Shown piece by piece: positions 23,196 through 32,165 of a stretch of 64,000 nucleotides of DNA (its first letter is position 1; each line of letters opens with the position of its first letter). This stretch comes from an uncultured Gammaproteobacteria bacterium. GTDB lineage: Bacteria > Pseudomonadota > Gammaproteobacteria > CAWCPV01. Location: positions 608,001-672,000 of the forward strand of contig CAWCPV010000003.1 in NCBI GenBank assembly GCA_963797555.1, in the 5' to 3' direction. The position numbers and the translations under genes were made by a program. The notes below the pieces were generated by a model. The model was not told where the DNA came from, made no database searches, and saw only the letters and a program-made list of their open reading frames with translations.

Positions 23196-24823
23196 ATGAG
23201 AAGCGCACTGATGAAAATTCTGCTCCCCCTGCTGCTGCTCACACACGCGGCCTTTGCCGCCGACCCGCTTCCCTCCTGGAACGACGGACCGACAAAGAGG
23301 GGATCATCAGCTTCGTGGAGAAGGTGACGAACGAAGGCTCCTCCGACTTCGTCCCGCCGCCCAGCGCATCGCGGTCTTCGACAACGACGGCACGCTCTGG
23401 TGCGAGCAGCCGATGCCCGTTCAGTTGTACTTCGCCCTCGACCGCGTCAAGGCGCTCGCGCCGCAGCATCCGGAATGGAAGGACAAGGAACCCTTCGCCT
23501 CGCTGCTCAAGGGTGATGTGAAAACCGCACTCGCCGGCGGCGACCGCGCGTTGCTGGAACTTTATGGCCACGCACGCAGGAATGACCACGGAGGAATTCG
23601 AGAAGATCGTGAAGGATTGGATTGCCACCGCGAAGCATCCGAAGACCGGCAAGCTTTACACCGAGATGGTGTATCAGCCGATGCTCGAAGTGCTCGCTTA
23701 CCTGCGCGCGAACGGCTTCAAGAACTTCATTGTCTCCGGCGGCGGCATCGAGTTCATGCGCCCGTGGGCGGAGAAAGTCTATGGCATTCCGCCGGAGCAG
23801 GTCGTGGGCAGCAGCATCAAGACCAAATTTGAGATGCGCGACGGCAAGCCGGTGCTGGTCCGCCTGCCCGAGCTGAACTTCATCGACGACAAGGCCGGCA
23901 AGCCCGTCGGCATCAACCAGCACATCGGTCGCCGCCCCATCGCCGCCTTCGGCAATTCCACGGGCGACCGGGAGATGCTGGAATACACGCAGGGCGGCAG
24001 CGGCGCGCGGTTCATGCTGCTGGTGTTGCACGATGATGCGGCGCGCGAATACGCCTATGGCCCGGCCCTGGGATTGCCGGACGTCAAGCTGGGCGCCTTC
24101 ACGCCGGCGCTGTACGCGCAAGCAAAGAAGGATGGCTGGACCGTCGTGAGCATGAAGGACGACTGGAAGGCCGTCTTCCCTTCCTCACCCGCTGCGGTCA
24201 CGGCCGTTGACATCCTGCTGGAGCCGGACGCCACGATGCTCCAGCACGCCGAAGCCAACAACGCCCGCCTGCTCAAGGTCTTCCCGAAAGGCTTCGCCCT
24301 GGATGCAACGCACCGTCCGCACATCACGCTGATTCAGCGTTTCGTTCGTACAGCGGATCTCGACAAGGTCTACGCCGCCGCCGGCCAGGTTCTCGCCCGC
24401 GCCAATGTGAACGGCATGAAGTTGGAGGCCTTCAAGTACTACTACATCCCGACCAAGGACCTTGGCCTCTCGGGCATTGTCGCGAGGCCGACCCCTGAAT
24501 TGATCAAGCTGCAACAGGAGTTGATTGCCGCCGTGGCCCCGTTCACGGTGGAAACCGGCACGTGGGCCGCCTTCGTCACCACACCCGACGATCCGAACAA
24601 CGCGGCGTTGATCGAATACGTTTCGGTGTTCGTTCCGAAGTCTTCCGGCGAGCATTTCAATCCGCATGTCACCACCGGCATCGCCCCCCGGGTATACCTC
24701 GACAAGATGCTCACCGAGCCGTTCGAGTCGTTCACCTTCTCGCCGGCCGGCGCCGCCGTTTACCAACTCGGCCAGTTCGGCACGGCTGCGAAGAAACTCG
24801 AGCAGTTGGATTTGAAGCCGTGA
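23196..24823 (+). CDS. Secreted HAD-family hydrolase fused to a 2H-phosphoesterase-like domain (N-terminal frameshifts)
   Basis: Signal peptide plus DPLPSWNDG, AVFDNDGTLW, IVSGGG, FGNSTGD. C-terminal domain has two HxT motifs (PHITL, PHVTT). Confidence 0.8.
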
Positions 24824-24834
24824 AGCGCTGGGAA

Positions 24835-25255
24835 CATACCGCCATGCGCTTGCTGTCGATGTCGTCGACTTTCAGCGCCACCACCTCCGAGGCGCGCAGG
24901 CCCGCCCCGTAAGCCACCGCCAGCGCCGCCTTGTACTTCAGCCCCGGCGCCGATTCCAGCAGGCGCATGATCTCCTCGGGGCTCAAGATCACCGGCAGCT
25001 TGCGCGGCTCGTGCACATGGCTCACCTTCGCCATCACCTCACCGTGCCCGACGGTCACCTCGAAGAAAAACTGCAACGCCGTCACCGCGGAATTCAGACT
25101 CGGGCTGCCCACGCCGCTCTCGACCAGATGGAGCTGAAAGCGGCGCAGATCCTCCGCCGTGGCCGTATCGGGGAACGTTTGAGAAAGCCCGTGAGGGTCT
25201 TCACCCACCGGATATAGTGGCTCTGGGTCTCGGACGAGAGCTTGCTTCCCGCTAA
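24835..25255 (-). pseudogene. Truncated tyrosine recombinase (N-terminal SAM-like domain plus box I)
   Basis: RKLSSETQSHYIRWV..SPDTATAEDLRRFQLHL..KLPVILSPEE..YGAGLRASEV; frameshifted and lacking the catalytic C-terminus. Confidence 0.85.
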
Positions 25256-25475
25256 TGCACCTAGCCGCAGCCCGCCTCCCCCTACCGCGCGAGCGGTATA
25301 GTCCCTCGACCTTTATCGGACGTTCCAGCAGGGCAATGATCCCGTCTCGAAATGCACGGCTCGGCGAGGTAGGCGACGTGACCGACAAGCACCCGGCACC
25401 CCGCGTCCCTCAGGTGGCAACGATGTCGTTGGCAAACGAGCCGGGATGCCAAAGGCGATGGCGCAGAGGAGCTGA

Positions 25476-25658
25476 GGGCTTGGGAACCGATCTGCTGCGC
25501 GTCCCGATAGCGGCGTCGCACGGTGGTCATGGCGCACCTCCCCCTGTACGCCACCCTTTTGGGGCGTCCTGCGGACGTGCCGAATGGCTATCCTGCCATT
25601 CGGTCGCTCCTCGTCTATTTGTTACTGGACAGGTCTCGTCGCTGGGCTCCGTGCGCCA
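25476..25658 (+). repeat. Degenerate MITE copy carrying a nested ~75-bp palindromic module
   Basis: Follows a TGA. ..ATCTGCTGCGCGTCCCGATAGCGGCG.. matches the 13457 element, is interrupted by GGTCATGGCG..GAATGGCTATCCTGCCATTC, then resumes CGCTCCTCG..GTCTCGTCGCTG. Confidence 0.7.
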
Positions 25659-25711
25659 CGTTCTAGAGCCCCTCCGTCCCCTGTCACACACGCGAACGGG
25701 AACGCCGCACC

Positions 25712-25740
25712 TTGACAGCTCTGCGAACACTGTCTATACA
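25712..25740 (+). promoter_or_regulatory. sigma70-type promoter
   Basis: TTGACA-N17-TATACA about 35 bp upstream of the riboswitch. Confidence 0.6.
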
Positions 25741-25773
25741 TCATTCCCGTGGCGGGTAGTCTCCGCCTATGTG

Positions 25774-25867
25774 GGTCCGATAACGGCAAACCCGCCGAAA
25801 GGTTGGGGCGCAAAGCTTCCGGGTCTAAAGCTCCGAACGGGCTACGACGGCCGGGCTACCGAAGACC
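25774..25867 (+). ncRNA. c-di-GMP-I (GEMM) riboswitch
   Basis: GGCAAACCCGCC-GAAA-GGTTGGGGCGCAAAG..CCGGGTCTAAAGC..GCTACGACGGCCGGGCTACCG. GNRA tetraloop and receptor are present, and G20/A47/C92 equivalents are present. Confidence 0.92.
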
Positions 25868-25876
25868 AACGACGTT

Positions 25877-25924
25877 GGCGCCAGGTTGGTCCGGTATCTC
25901 GGGTCACCTGGCGTTTTCGTTTTC
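25877..25924 (+). terminator. Intrinsic terminator (riboswitch expression platform)
   Basis: GGCGCCAGGT(T)GGTCCGG-TATC-TCGGGTCACCTGGCG followed by TTTTCGTTTT. Confidence 0.7.
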
Positions 25925-26000
25925 TGCGCTCAGGCGCCTCTGAACAACAACGCGCGAGGGGGCCTCAAGGTGTCACGGGGCCTCCAGTGGAGGGGGGCAT

Positions 26001-26522
26001 ATGGACGAGGTCCGCCTCGTCGCCCGTGTGCCGGACGAGAATGGCCCGCGGCGCCGAGCGTTCTGGGAGCCGCAGCCTGCGCCCGAATACCTGCTGATGA
26101 AGCCGTCTTCCAGCGCGTGGGGGACCACTTCTGCCAGCGCATCGCGCAATTCCCGGAGGACATCCCCTCGCATACCGTGGAGAGTGCTCCTGCACCTGCG
26201 TCGTCTGCACGCCGAGGCGGCGTTCTCTGCCCTCGTGAACCTGTTCATCGGGCTCGGAGACAGATCGTCCGTCCCGCGAGCACGTGTTAGACCTGGCTGC
26301 GCGTGTCATAACCTGCACGCAGTTCGCAGCCCTGCGCAGATTCCTGGAAACGGCGCTGACGGCGAACGATCCTGCTGCCGCCGACGCCCCAATCGGTGCT
26401 CACCCGGTGTCTCAGCGGTACACCCGACCGCAAGAGCTTCGCGGACATGGCGTCGCGCCGACGAGTCGCCGGAAGCGGCTCAAACCTGGGCGGCCCTCGC
26501 CGCGATGTTCTCGGCGGACTAA
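26001..26522 (+). pseudogene. Frameshifted hypothetical helical protein, first gene after the riboswitch
   Basis: GGAGG RBS. Coherent protein-like pieces occur in different frames: QRIAQFPEDIPSH / RVLLHLRRLHAEAAFSALVNLFIGLGD / MLDLAARVITCTQFAALRRFLETAL. Confidence 0.5.
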
Positions 26523-26564
26523 CGGAAGGATGCGCTGCAGTTCTGAACAAGAGAGGTCGGTGAA

Positions 26565-27794
26565 ATGCCACTACGCGTTGCCACCTTGGGTATGGACGAT
26601 CGCTCGCGGGCCGCTTTGGACCTGGTTTTCAGGGGCCCCGGAAAGGGCGCCTTCGTCGTGGCGGACGAGGCATCCGCAGACGTCACGCTCGTCGACATGG
26701 ATGGAGGGGGTGCCGCGGAGCTGTGGGCTGGATACCGCGAGCGCTTACCCGAACGCCCCAGCATCGTGCTCTCGGTGCGGGAGCATGCAGAAACGGATGC
26801 GTTGTTTCTTTTGAAACCGTTGCGCATCGCGGATCTACTCCAGACACTGCAGGACATCAGCACCGGCGCGACAGAGCGCAAGCCGACAGGGGCGCAGTCC
26901 CCCGCCGCGGAAACCGTAACGCCATCGACGCGGCCGGGCATGGCCGAGGTTTCCGGTACACACCCCGGCGGGGGAGCCCGTCGAACGAAGGCTGCCCGAC
27001 GCGCGACCCTGGCTATCGAGCGGGAAGCCGTGAGTCGTTACGAGCAAACCATCCCCGATCTCCCCGACGTGGATCTCCGGGACCCGGAAGATTTGAGGAA
27101 GCTGTTCTTCTCCCTCGACGACTACGCAGGTGGGCGTGTGGTCCGCGAGATCAGGGCTGCTCTGTCCGATGGTGCGGCTCGGGAGGTCGCGGCGTGGAAC
27201 GGCCGCATCGTCGTCCTGCCACGCACCCAGCAGATCCTTACCGACCTGAGCGATACGCGGCTGAAGCAGTTCGCCTTGGTGCGCCTGACCGGTCTGGACG
27301 CGCCCGAGGCGGGCATGCTGCCCTTCGAGCTCCGATCCAAGGCGCTGCGCAAGAAGGAACAGGTCGAAGCCCTCGAGGCAGAGGCGCCACCCGGCATGCA
27401 CCGCACGCCGATCGATGCCTTCCTGTGGAAGCTCACGGCCTGGGTCGCCCGGGGCCGCATCCCCATCGGGACCAACCCGACCCTCCCCGCTGTCTTGCGG
27501 CATTGGCCCAACCTGACGCGGCTGCTTCTTCTGCCCGACGCGATGCGCATCGCCGCTCTGTGGATCGACCAGCCGCGCTCTTTGTTCAATACGGCCAAGG
27601 CGCTGAAGATCCCCCTCGCCCACGTGCTGACTTTCTACAGCGCCGCCCACGCGATCGATCTCATCACGTTGCCCAAGCGCCAAGTGGACTTTCTGTTCCA
27701 GCCTGAGCCGGTTAGAGAACACCGCGGGCGCGGACTCTTCGCGCGCATTCTGGACCAGCTCCGGGGTGCGGCCACGGCCGAAGAGGCATCCTAA
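26565..27794 (+). CDS. Receiver-like domain protein with uncharacterised C-terminal domain (no DNA-binding domain recognised)
   Basis: N-terminal REC-like features (TLVDMD, IVLS, LKP), Pro/Thr linker, C-terminal LRHWPNLTRL..AMRIAALW..FYSAAHA. Confidence 0.7.
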   Translation: MPLRVATLGMDDRSRAALDLVFRGPGKGAFVVADEASADVTLVDMDGGGAAELWAGYRERLPERPSIVLSVREHAETDALFLLKPLRIADLLQTLQDISTGATERKPTGAQSPAAETVTPSTRPGMAEVSGTHPGGGARRTKAARRATLAIEREAVSRYEQTIPDLPDVDLRDPEDLRKLFFSLDDYAGGRVVREIRAALSDGAAREVAAWNGRIVVLPRTQQILTDLSDTRLKQFALVRLTGLDAPEAGMLPFELRSKALRKKEQVEALEAEAPPGMHRTPIDAFLWKLTAWVARGRIPIGTNPTLPAVLRHWPNLTRLLLLPDAMRIAALWIDQPRSLFNTAKALKIPLAHVLTFYSAAHAIDLITLPKRQVDFLFQPEPVREHRGRGLFARILDQLRGAATAEEAS

Positions 27795-27812
27795 AGCCAG
27801 GGAGCACACGAG

Positions 27813-28349
27813 ATGGAACACAACAAGATCATCTTCACGGGACCTGTTGGCGTGGGAAAGACGACAGCCATCAACGCTCTCAGCGATATCCCGACGGTCA
27901 TGACCGACGCCCAGAGCACGGACATGACGGCCGCGGGGAAGACCCAGACGACGGTCGCCCTGGACTACGGGGTCATGAAGCTGTCCGGAGACGAGCGCAT
28001 TCACCTGTACGGCACCCCGGGGCAGGAACGTTTCGACTTCATGTGGGACATCCTCACCGAGGGCGGCATCGGGCTCGTGCTGCTCCTCGACAATACCCGC
28101 GCCGAGCCCTTTCGGGATTTGCGGTTCTTCCTCAAGTCCTTCGAAAAATTCATTGCGGGCGCAAGGCTCGCAGTAGGCGTGACGCGCATGGATCTCAAAG
28201 CCGCCCCGAGCATCGAGGAATACCACCGGCAGTTCTATGGGGCGAGCCTTAAGCCGCCCATCTTCGAGGTCGATGCGCGCCAACGCCGGGACGTGGTACT
28301 GCTCATCCAGGCGCTGCTCTACTCCCTGGACCCGGGTCTGCAGGACTGA
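27813..28349 (+). CDS. Small Ras-like GTPase (MglA/ATP_bind_1 family)
   Basis: G1 GPVGVGKTT, G2 TTVALDYG, G3 YGTPGQERF, G4 TRMD, G5 VDAR. Confidence 0.92.
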   Translation: MEHNKIIFTGPVGVGKTTAINALSDIPTVMTDAQSTDMTAAGKTQTTVALDYGVMKLSGDERIHLYGTPGQERFDFMWDILTEGGIGLVLLLDNTRAEPFRDLRFFLKSFEKFIAGARLAVGVTRMDLKAAPSIEEYHRQFYGASLKPPIFEVDARQRRDVVLLIQALLYSLDPGLQD

Positions 28350-28784
28350 CGCCGCAATATCGCCTCGCCAGCAGTCTCTATCTCGCGCGGACGCGATCTC
28401 CAAGGCCCTGTGGCCGACGGCTTTCGGCGGTCCTCCTCAATAAGCCCTTGGCGCTGGACCAGCTCGACAAGTAGCCGGGCAACCCCGTAGGCTCCAGCGT
28501 CCCTCCGCCGGCGCCTACGGTGTCCGCCATCACGCGGAGCGGCTGTCCGTGCGCAGGCGCTCTGCTATTGTCCTGGCCCGAGGCTTGCCTTAATATGCCG
28601 CGGGGCTTCTGGGCAGTCGTCGGTCAGCGACGCTCGGAGTCGGGCCCTGGCCGCTGAGCGCCGGGGTTGCCGTCGGGCGAGGCCGTCACGCGGAGGGGTG
28701 CGCGTGGGCTGTCGCAGATTGCGGTCCGACTCTGCTTGGCGCTCCTTCCTCAACCAGGCCCACCTTGACAATGCGACCGCAGCC

Positions 28785-30161
28785 ATGAACCTCTTCCGTA
28801 CCAAGGACCCCAACGCCGAGCACAACAGACCGAGCGCGCTGCGCAAGGTGCTGGGACCGGTGGACCTTACGCTGATGGGCATCGGCGCCATCATCGGAGC
28901 GGGAATCTTCGTGCTGACGGGCATTGCCGCCGCGACCCAGGCGGGGCCCGGCATCGTCCTGTCCTTCGTCGTCTCGGGCCTGGCCTGTGCGTTCAGCGCG
29001 CTCGCCTACGCGGAGCTTGCAGCATCCATCGGTGGGTGCGGCAGCGCTTACGGTTATGCCTATGCGGGACTCGGCGAGCTCATCGCCTGGATCATTGGTT
29101 GGGACCTCATCCTCGAGTACGGGGTGGCCACCTCCGCCGTAGCCATCGGTTGGTCAGGTTACTTCAACAACGCGCTCACCGCCCTGGGGCTGCCCCTGCC
29201 CGAGTACCTCCTCCACGGGCCCGCGGAGGGGGGCATCATCAACCTGCCCGCCGCCACGATCATCCTGAGCCTAGGGGTACTGCTCGCCATCGGCGTGCGT
29301 GTGAGCGCTCAGTTCAACGCGGCCATGGTGTTCATCAAGCTCATGGCCATCGCCGTCTTCGTAAGCGTCGCCCTGCCCCACGTCCGACTGGCCCATTGGC
29401 AACCTTTCCTGCCGTATGGGTGGACCGGCGTCATGCATGGAGCCGCGCTGATCTTCTTCGCCTACATCGGGTTCGACGCGGTGTCGACGGCCGCCGAAGA
29501 GGCTCGTAATCCGCAGCGCGATCTGCCCATCGGCATCCTGACATCGCTGGCTATCTGCACCTTCATCTACGTGTTGGTCGCTGCGCTCCTGACCGGCATC
29601 GTGCCCTACCACACTCTGGACGTCCCCTCGCCAGTAGCCGACGCGCTCCTTCGGATCGGATACCACTGGGCCTCCGCACTGATCGCGGCGGGCGCCATCG
29701 CGGGCCTGACCACCGTGATGTTGGTCCTGTATTACGGCCTGACGCGCATCTTCCTGGCGATGTCCCGGGACGGTTTGCTGCCTCCGGTGTTTGCGACCGT
29801 CCATCCGCGCCGACAGACCCCGGTGAGGGTAATCCTCGCCGCCGGGATATTCATGGCGTCGGTCGCCGGCCTCACTCCCATTCACGCCGTGGCGGAGCTG
29901 GTGAACATCGGCACCCTCGCAGCCTTCGTACTGGTCTGCCTCGGGGTGGTGGTGCTCCGGGTCACCAAACCGGAGATGCCGCGCCCCTTCATGACCCCCT
30001 TGACGCCGCTGGTGCCCCTACTGGGCGTCGCGTTCTGTCTCTATCTGATGGCCAGCTTGCCCCTAGTCACCTGGCTGAGGTTCGTGATCTGGATGGCCAT
30101 CGGCTTGGTGGTCTACTTCGGCTACTCCCAGACCCACAGTGAGCTCGCCGAAGAGATGTGA
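28785..30161 (+). CDS. APC-family amino acid permease
   Basis: GIGAIIGAGIFVLTG, YAELAA, FFAYIGFDAVSTAAEE; about 12 TM segments. Confidence 0.93.
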   Translation: MNLFRTKDPNAEHNRPSALRKVLGPVDLTLMGIGAIIGAGIFVLTGIAAATQAGPGIVLSFVVSGLACAFSALAYAELAASIGGCGSAYGYAYAGLGELIAWIIGWDLILEYGVATSAVAIGWSGYFNNALTALGLPLPEYLLHGPAEGGIINLPAATIILSLGVLLAIGVRVSAQFNAAMVFIKLMAIAVFVSVALPHVRLAHWQPFLPYGWTGVMHGAALIFFAYIGFDAVSTAAEEARNPQRDLPIGILTSLAICTFIYVLVAALLTGIVPYHTLDVPSPVADALLRIGYHWASALIAAGAIAGLTTVMLVLYYGLTRIFLAMSRDGLLPPVFATVHPRRQTPVRVILAAGIFMASVAGLTPIHAVAELVNIGTLAAFVLVCLGVVVLRVTKPEMPRPFMTPLTPLVPLLGVAFCLYLMASLPLVTWLRFVIWMAIGLVVYFGYSQTHSELAEEM

Positions 30162-30197
30162 GGAGCCACCCTGCGCGGGGCCGTCGGGAACCTTACA

Positions 30198-30340
30198 GAG
30201 CTTGTGCAATGCGTAGATGGTGCACATCCCGCCAGCCGGCCGCGCGGTGCGCGCTCCTCGCCTCTGTAACCGGATAGTCTCGTCGCTGCGCGCGGTAGGC
30301 CTTGCTCCGGGACCGCTCGGGACGATTTCCCCGCGAGCGC
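30198..30340. repeat. Degenerate full-length MITE copy
   Basis: GAGCTTGTG...GCTCCTCGCCT..GTCTCGTCGCTGCG..CCTTGCTC..CCGCTCG.GACGATTTC, colinear with the 13457 copy; right end abuts the acyl-CoA ligase stop (TCA 30341-43). Confidence 0.7.
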
Positions 30341-31921
30341 TCAGCGTGGGAGCCGCAGATCTACACCGCGCTCCACCTCCCCTCGTCCGCTCAGAGCCCG
30401 CTTGAGGATCTTGCCGGCAGCGTTCTTCGGCAACGCAGGAAGGAGATAGACCCTACGCGGAACCTCGTGGCGGCCCAGGTTCTCGCGACAAAACGCGCGG
30501 ATCTCTCGCTGCGTCATCACGTGTCCTTCGCGCAGCACGACGTAGGCGACCGGGATCTCGCCATGCAGCTCGTGGGGCTCTCCGACGACTGCAGCCTCCA
30601 GGACGGCCGGGGCTCGGTACAGGACTTCTTCGACGACGCGCGGGTACACATTCATGCCGTTCACGATGAGCATGTCCCTCAATCGGTCGACGAGGTGGAA
30701 ATAACCATCCCCATCCCTGTAGCCGGCGTCGCCGGTACGGAACCAGTCGCCGAAAAACGCCGCGCGAGTTTCTTCAGGCAGACCCCAGTATCCCTTCATG
30801 ACGTTCGGCCCCTGTACGCAGATCTCTCCTGTCTCGCCGCCCGGAAGCTCGCGACCAGCCCCATCCAAGACTTTCATCTGCACCAGGGGCAGCGGCAGAC
30901 CGACCGACCCGGGCTTGCGGACACCGCCGATGGGGTTTACGCACGTCACCGGAGAGCACTCGGTCGGGCCGTCGCCCTCGTAGATGGGCTTGCCGAAACG
31001 GGTTTCGAACTGCTCCATCACCGCCTCCGGCAGCGCCGCCCCCCCGGAGATACACCAGCGCAGTGAGGCCAGCTTGCCGACGGCCGTCTGAGGAAGGCGC
31101 AGCAACAGGTTGTACATACTCGGCACGCCCAGGAAGATGGTGGCGCGCCGCGCCTGGATGGCGTCGGCAACGAGCTGCGGGTCGAAACGCGGAACGGGCG
31201 CGAGCGTGCAACCGCTGAATAGGGGTGTAAGCATCCCGACCGTGGCGGCGAACGCGTGGAACATGGGCAAGACCACCAGGACGACGTCCTCCCCCGGCCG
31301 GATCTGAAAAGCCTTGCGCACACTCCAGCTATTCGCCGCGAGGTTGCGGTGGGTCAGCATCGCGCCCTTCGGCCGACCCGTGGTCCCCGAGGTGTAAAGC
31401 ACCACCGCAACGTCCTCGCCAGTGTCGAATACGGGCTGGGGCCGCGGTCCGGAAAACTCGACGGCCTGCCGCCACGCGTGTCCCGGACCCTGCTGCTCGG
31501 CACTCCCCGCACGCAGGCAGACCACCGACCCCCCGAGCTGCGGCAAGATCCCGGAAACCGCTTCGGTGAAAAGCTCATGGTAGATCAATCCACGCACCTG
31601 GGCGTCCTGCAAGACGAAGCTCAGCTCCTTGGGATTCATCAACAGGTTGAGGGGGACCCCGGTCGCACCTGCCTTGAGGATGCCGAAATAGGCGAGCGCG
31701 AAGACATCCGAATTCGGACAGTACAGGCCTACCCGGTCTCCCTTCTCGATCCCCTGCGCGGCGAGGAAGCCAGCGATCCGATCGGACACCTCGTCGAAGG
31801 TCAAAAACGGCAGATCCCGGTCCCCCGACGCCACGGCGATGTGCTGCGGGCAGCGCCGTGCGGCGTCCTTCAACAGCGCCGGCAGCGGAGAATCGTCGAA
31901 CTCACTGTCGGGTGTCCTCAT
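30341..31921 (-). CDS. fadD: Long-chain fatty acid--CoA ligase
   Basis: YTSGTTGRPKG, YEGDGPTE, WFRTGDAG, LPKNAAGKILK. Confidence 0.88.
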   Translation of the reverse strand: MRTPDSEFDDSPLPALLKDAARRCPQHIAVASGDRDLPFLTFDEVSDRIAGFLAAQGIEKGDRVGLYCPNSDVFALAYFGILKAGATGVPLNLLMNPKELSFVLQDAQVRGLIYHELFTEAVSGILPQLGGSVVCLRAGSAEQQGPGHAWRQAVEFSGPRPQPVFDTGEDVAVVLYTSGTTGRPKGAMLTHRNLAANSWSVRKAFQIRPGEDVVLVVLPMFHAFAATVGMLTPLFSGCTLAPVPRFDPQLVADAIQARRATIFLGVPSMYNLLLRLPQTAVGKLASLRWCISGGAALPEAVMEQFETRFGKPIYEGDGPTECSPVTCVNPIGGVRKPGSVGLPLPLVQMKVLDGAGRELPGGETGEICVQGPNVMKGYWGLPEETRAAFFGDWFRTGDAGYRDGDGYFHLVDRLRDMLIVNGMNVYPRVVEEVLYRAPAVLEAAVVGEPHELHGEIPVAYVVLREGHVMTQREIRAFCRENLGRHEVPRRVYLLPALPKNAAGKILKRALSGRGEVERGVDLRLPR

Positions 31922-32014
31922 CTCACCCCCTCGCTGTACAGACGCAGGCAAGCCCCCGCGACCCGGCGGTCCCGCACGCGGCTCGGGAACTGCGGCGCCC
32001 CACTCTCAGCCGAA

Positions 32015-32165
32015 GTGGCGTACAGGGAGGTACGCCATGACCGAATGGCAGGATAGCCATTCGGCACGTCCGCGGGACGCCCCGAAGGGGTGGCGTACAG
32101 GGAGGTACGCCATGACCACCGCGCAACGCCGCTAGCGGGACGCGCAGCAGATTTTCCACAAGCTC
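32015..32165 (-). repeat. Truncated MITE copy with nested module and 28-bp direct repeat
   Basis: Minus strand GAGCTTGTGGAAAATCTGCTGCGCGTCCCG.. starts right after the SDR TGA. GTGGCGTACAGGGAGGTACGCCATGACC occurs at 32015-42 and 32090-117. Confidence 0.75.

Noticed and set aside
24835-25255. Integron integrase for the attC-like sites
   Set aside because: Truncated before the region that would carry the IntI-specific insertion, lies 17 kb away, and has no attI-like site
32015-32117. 28-bp direct repeat with 47-bp spacer as a mini-CRISPR
   Set aside because: Only two units, the spacer is itself a conserved palindromic module also found near 25560, and there are no cas genes
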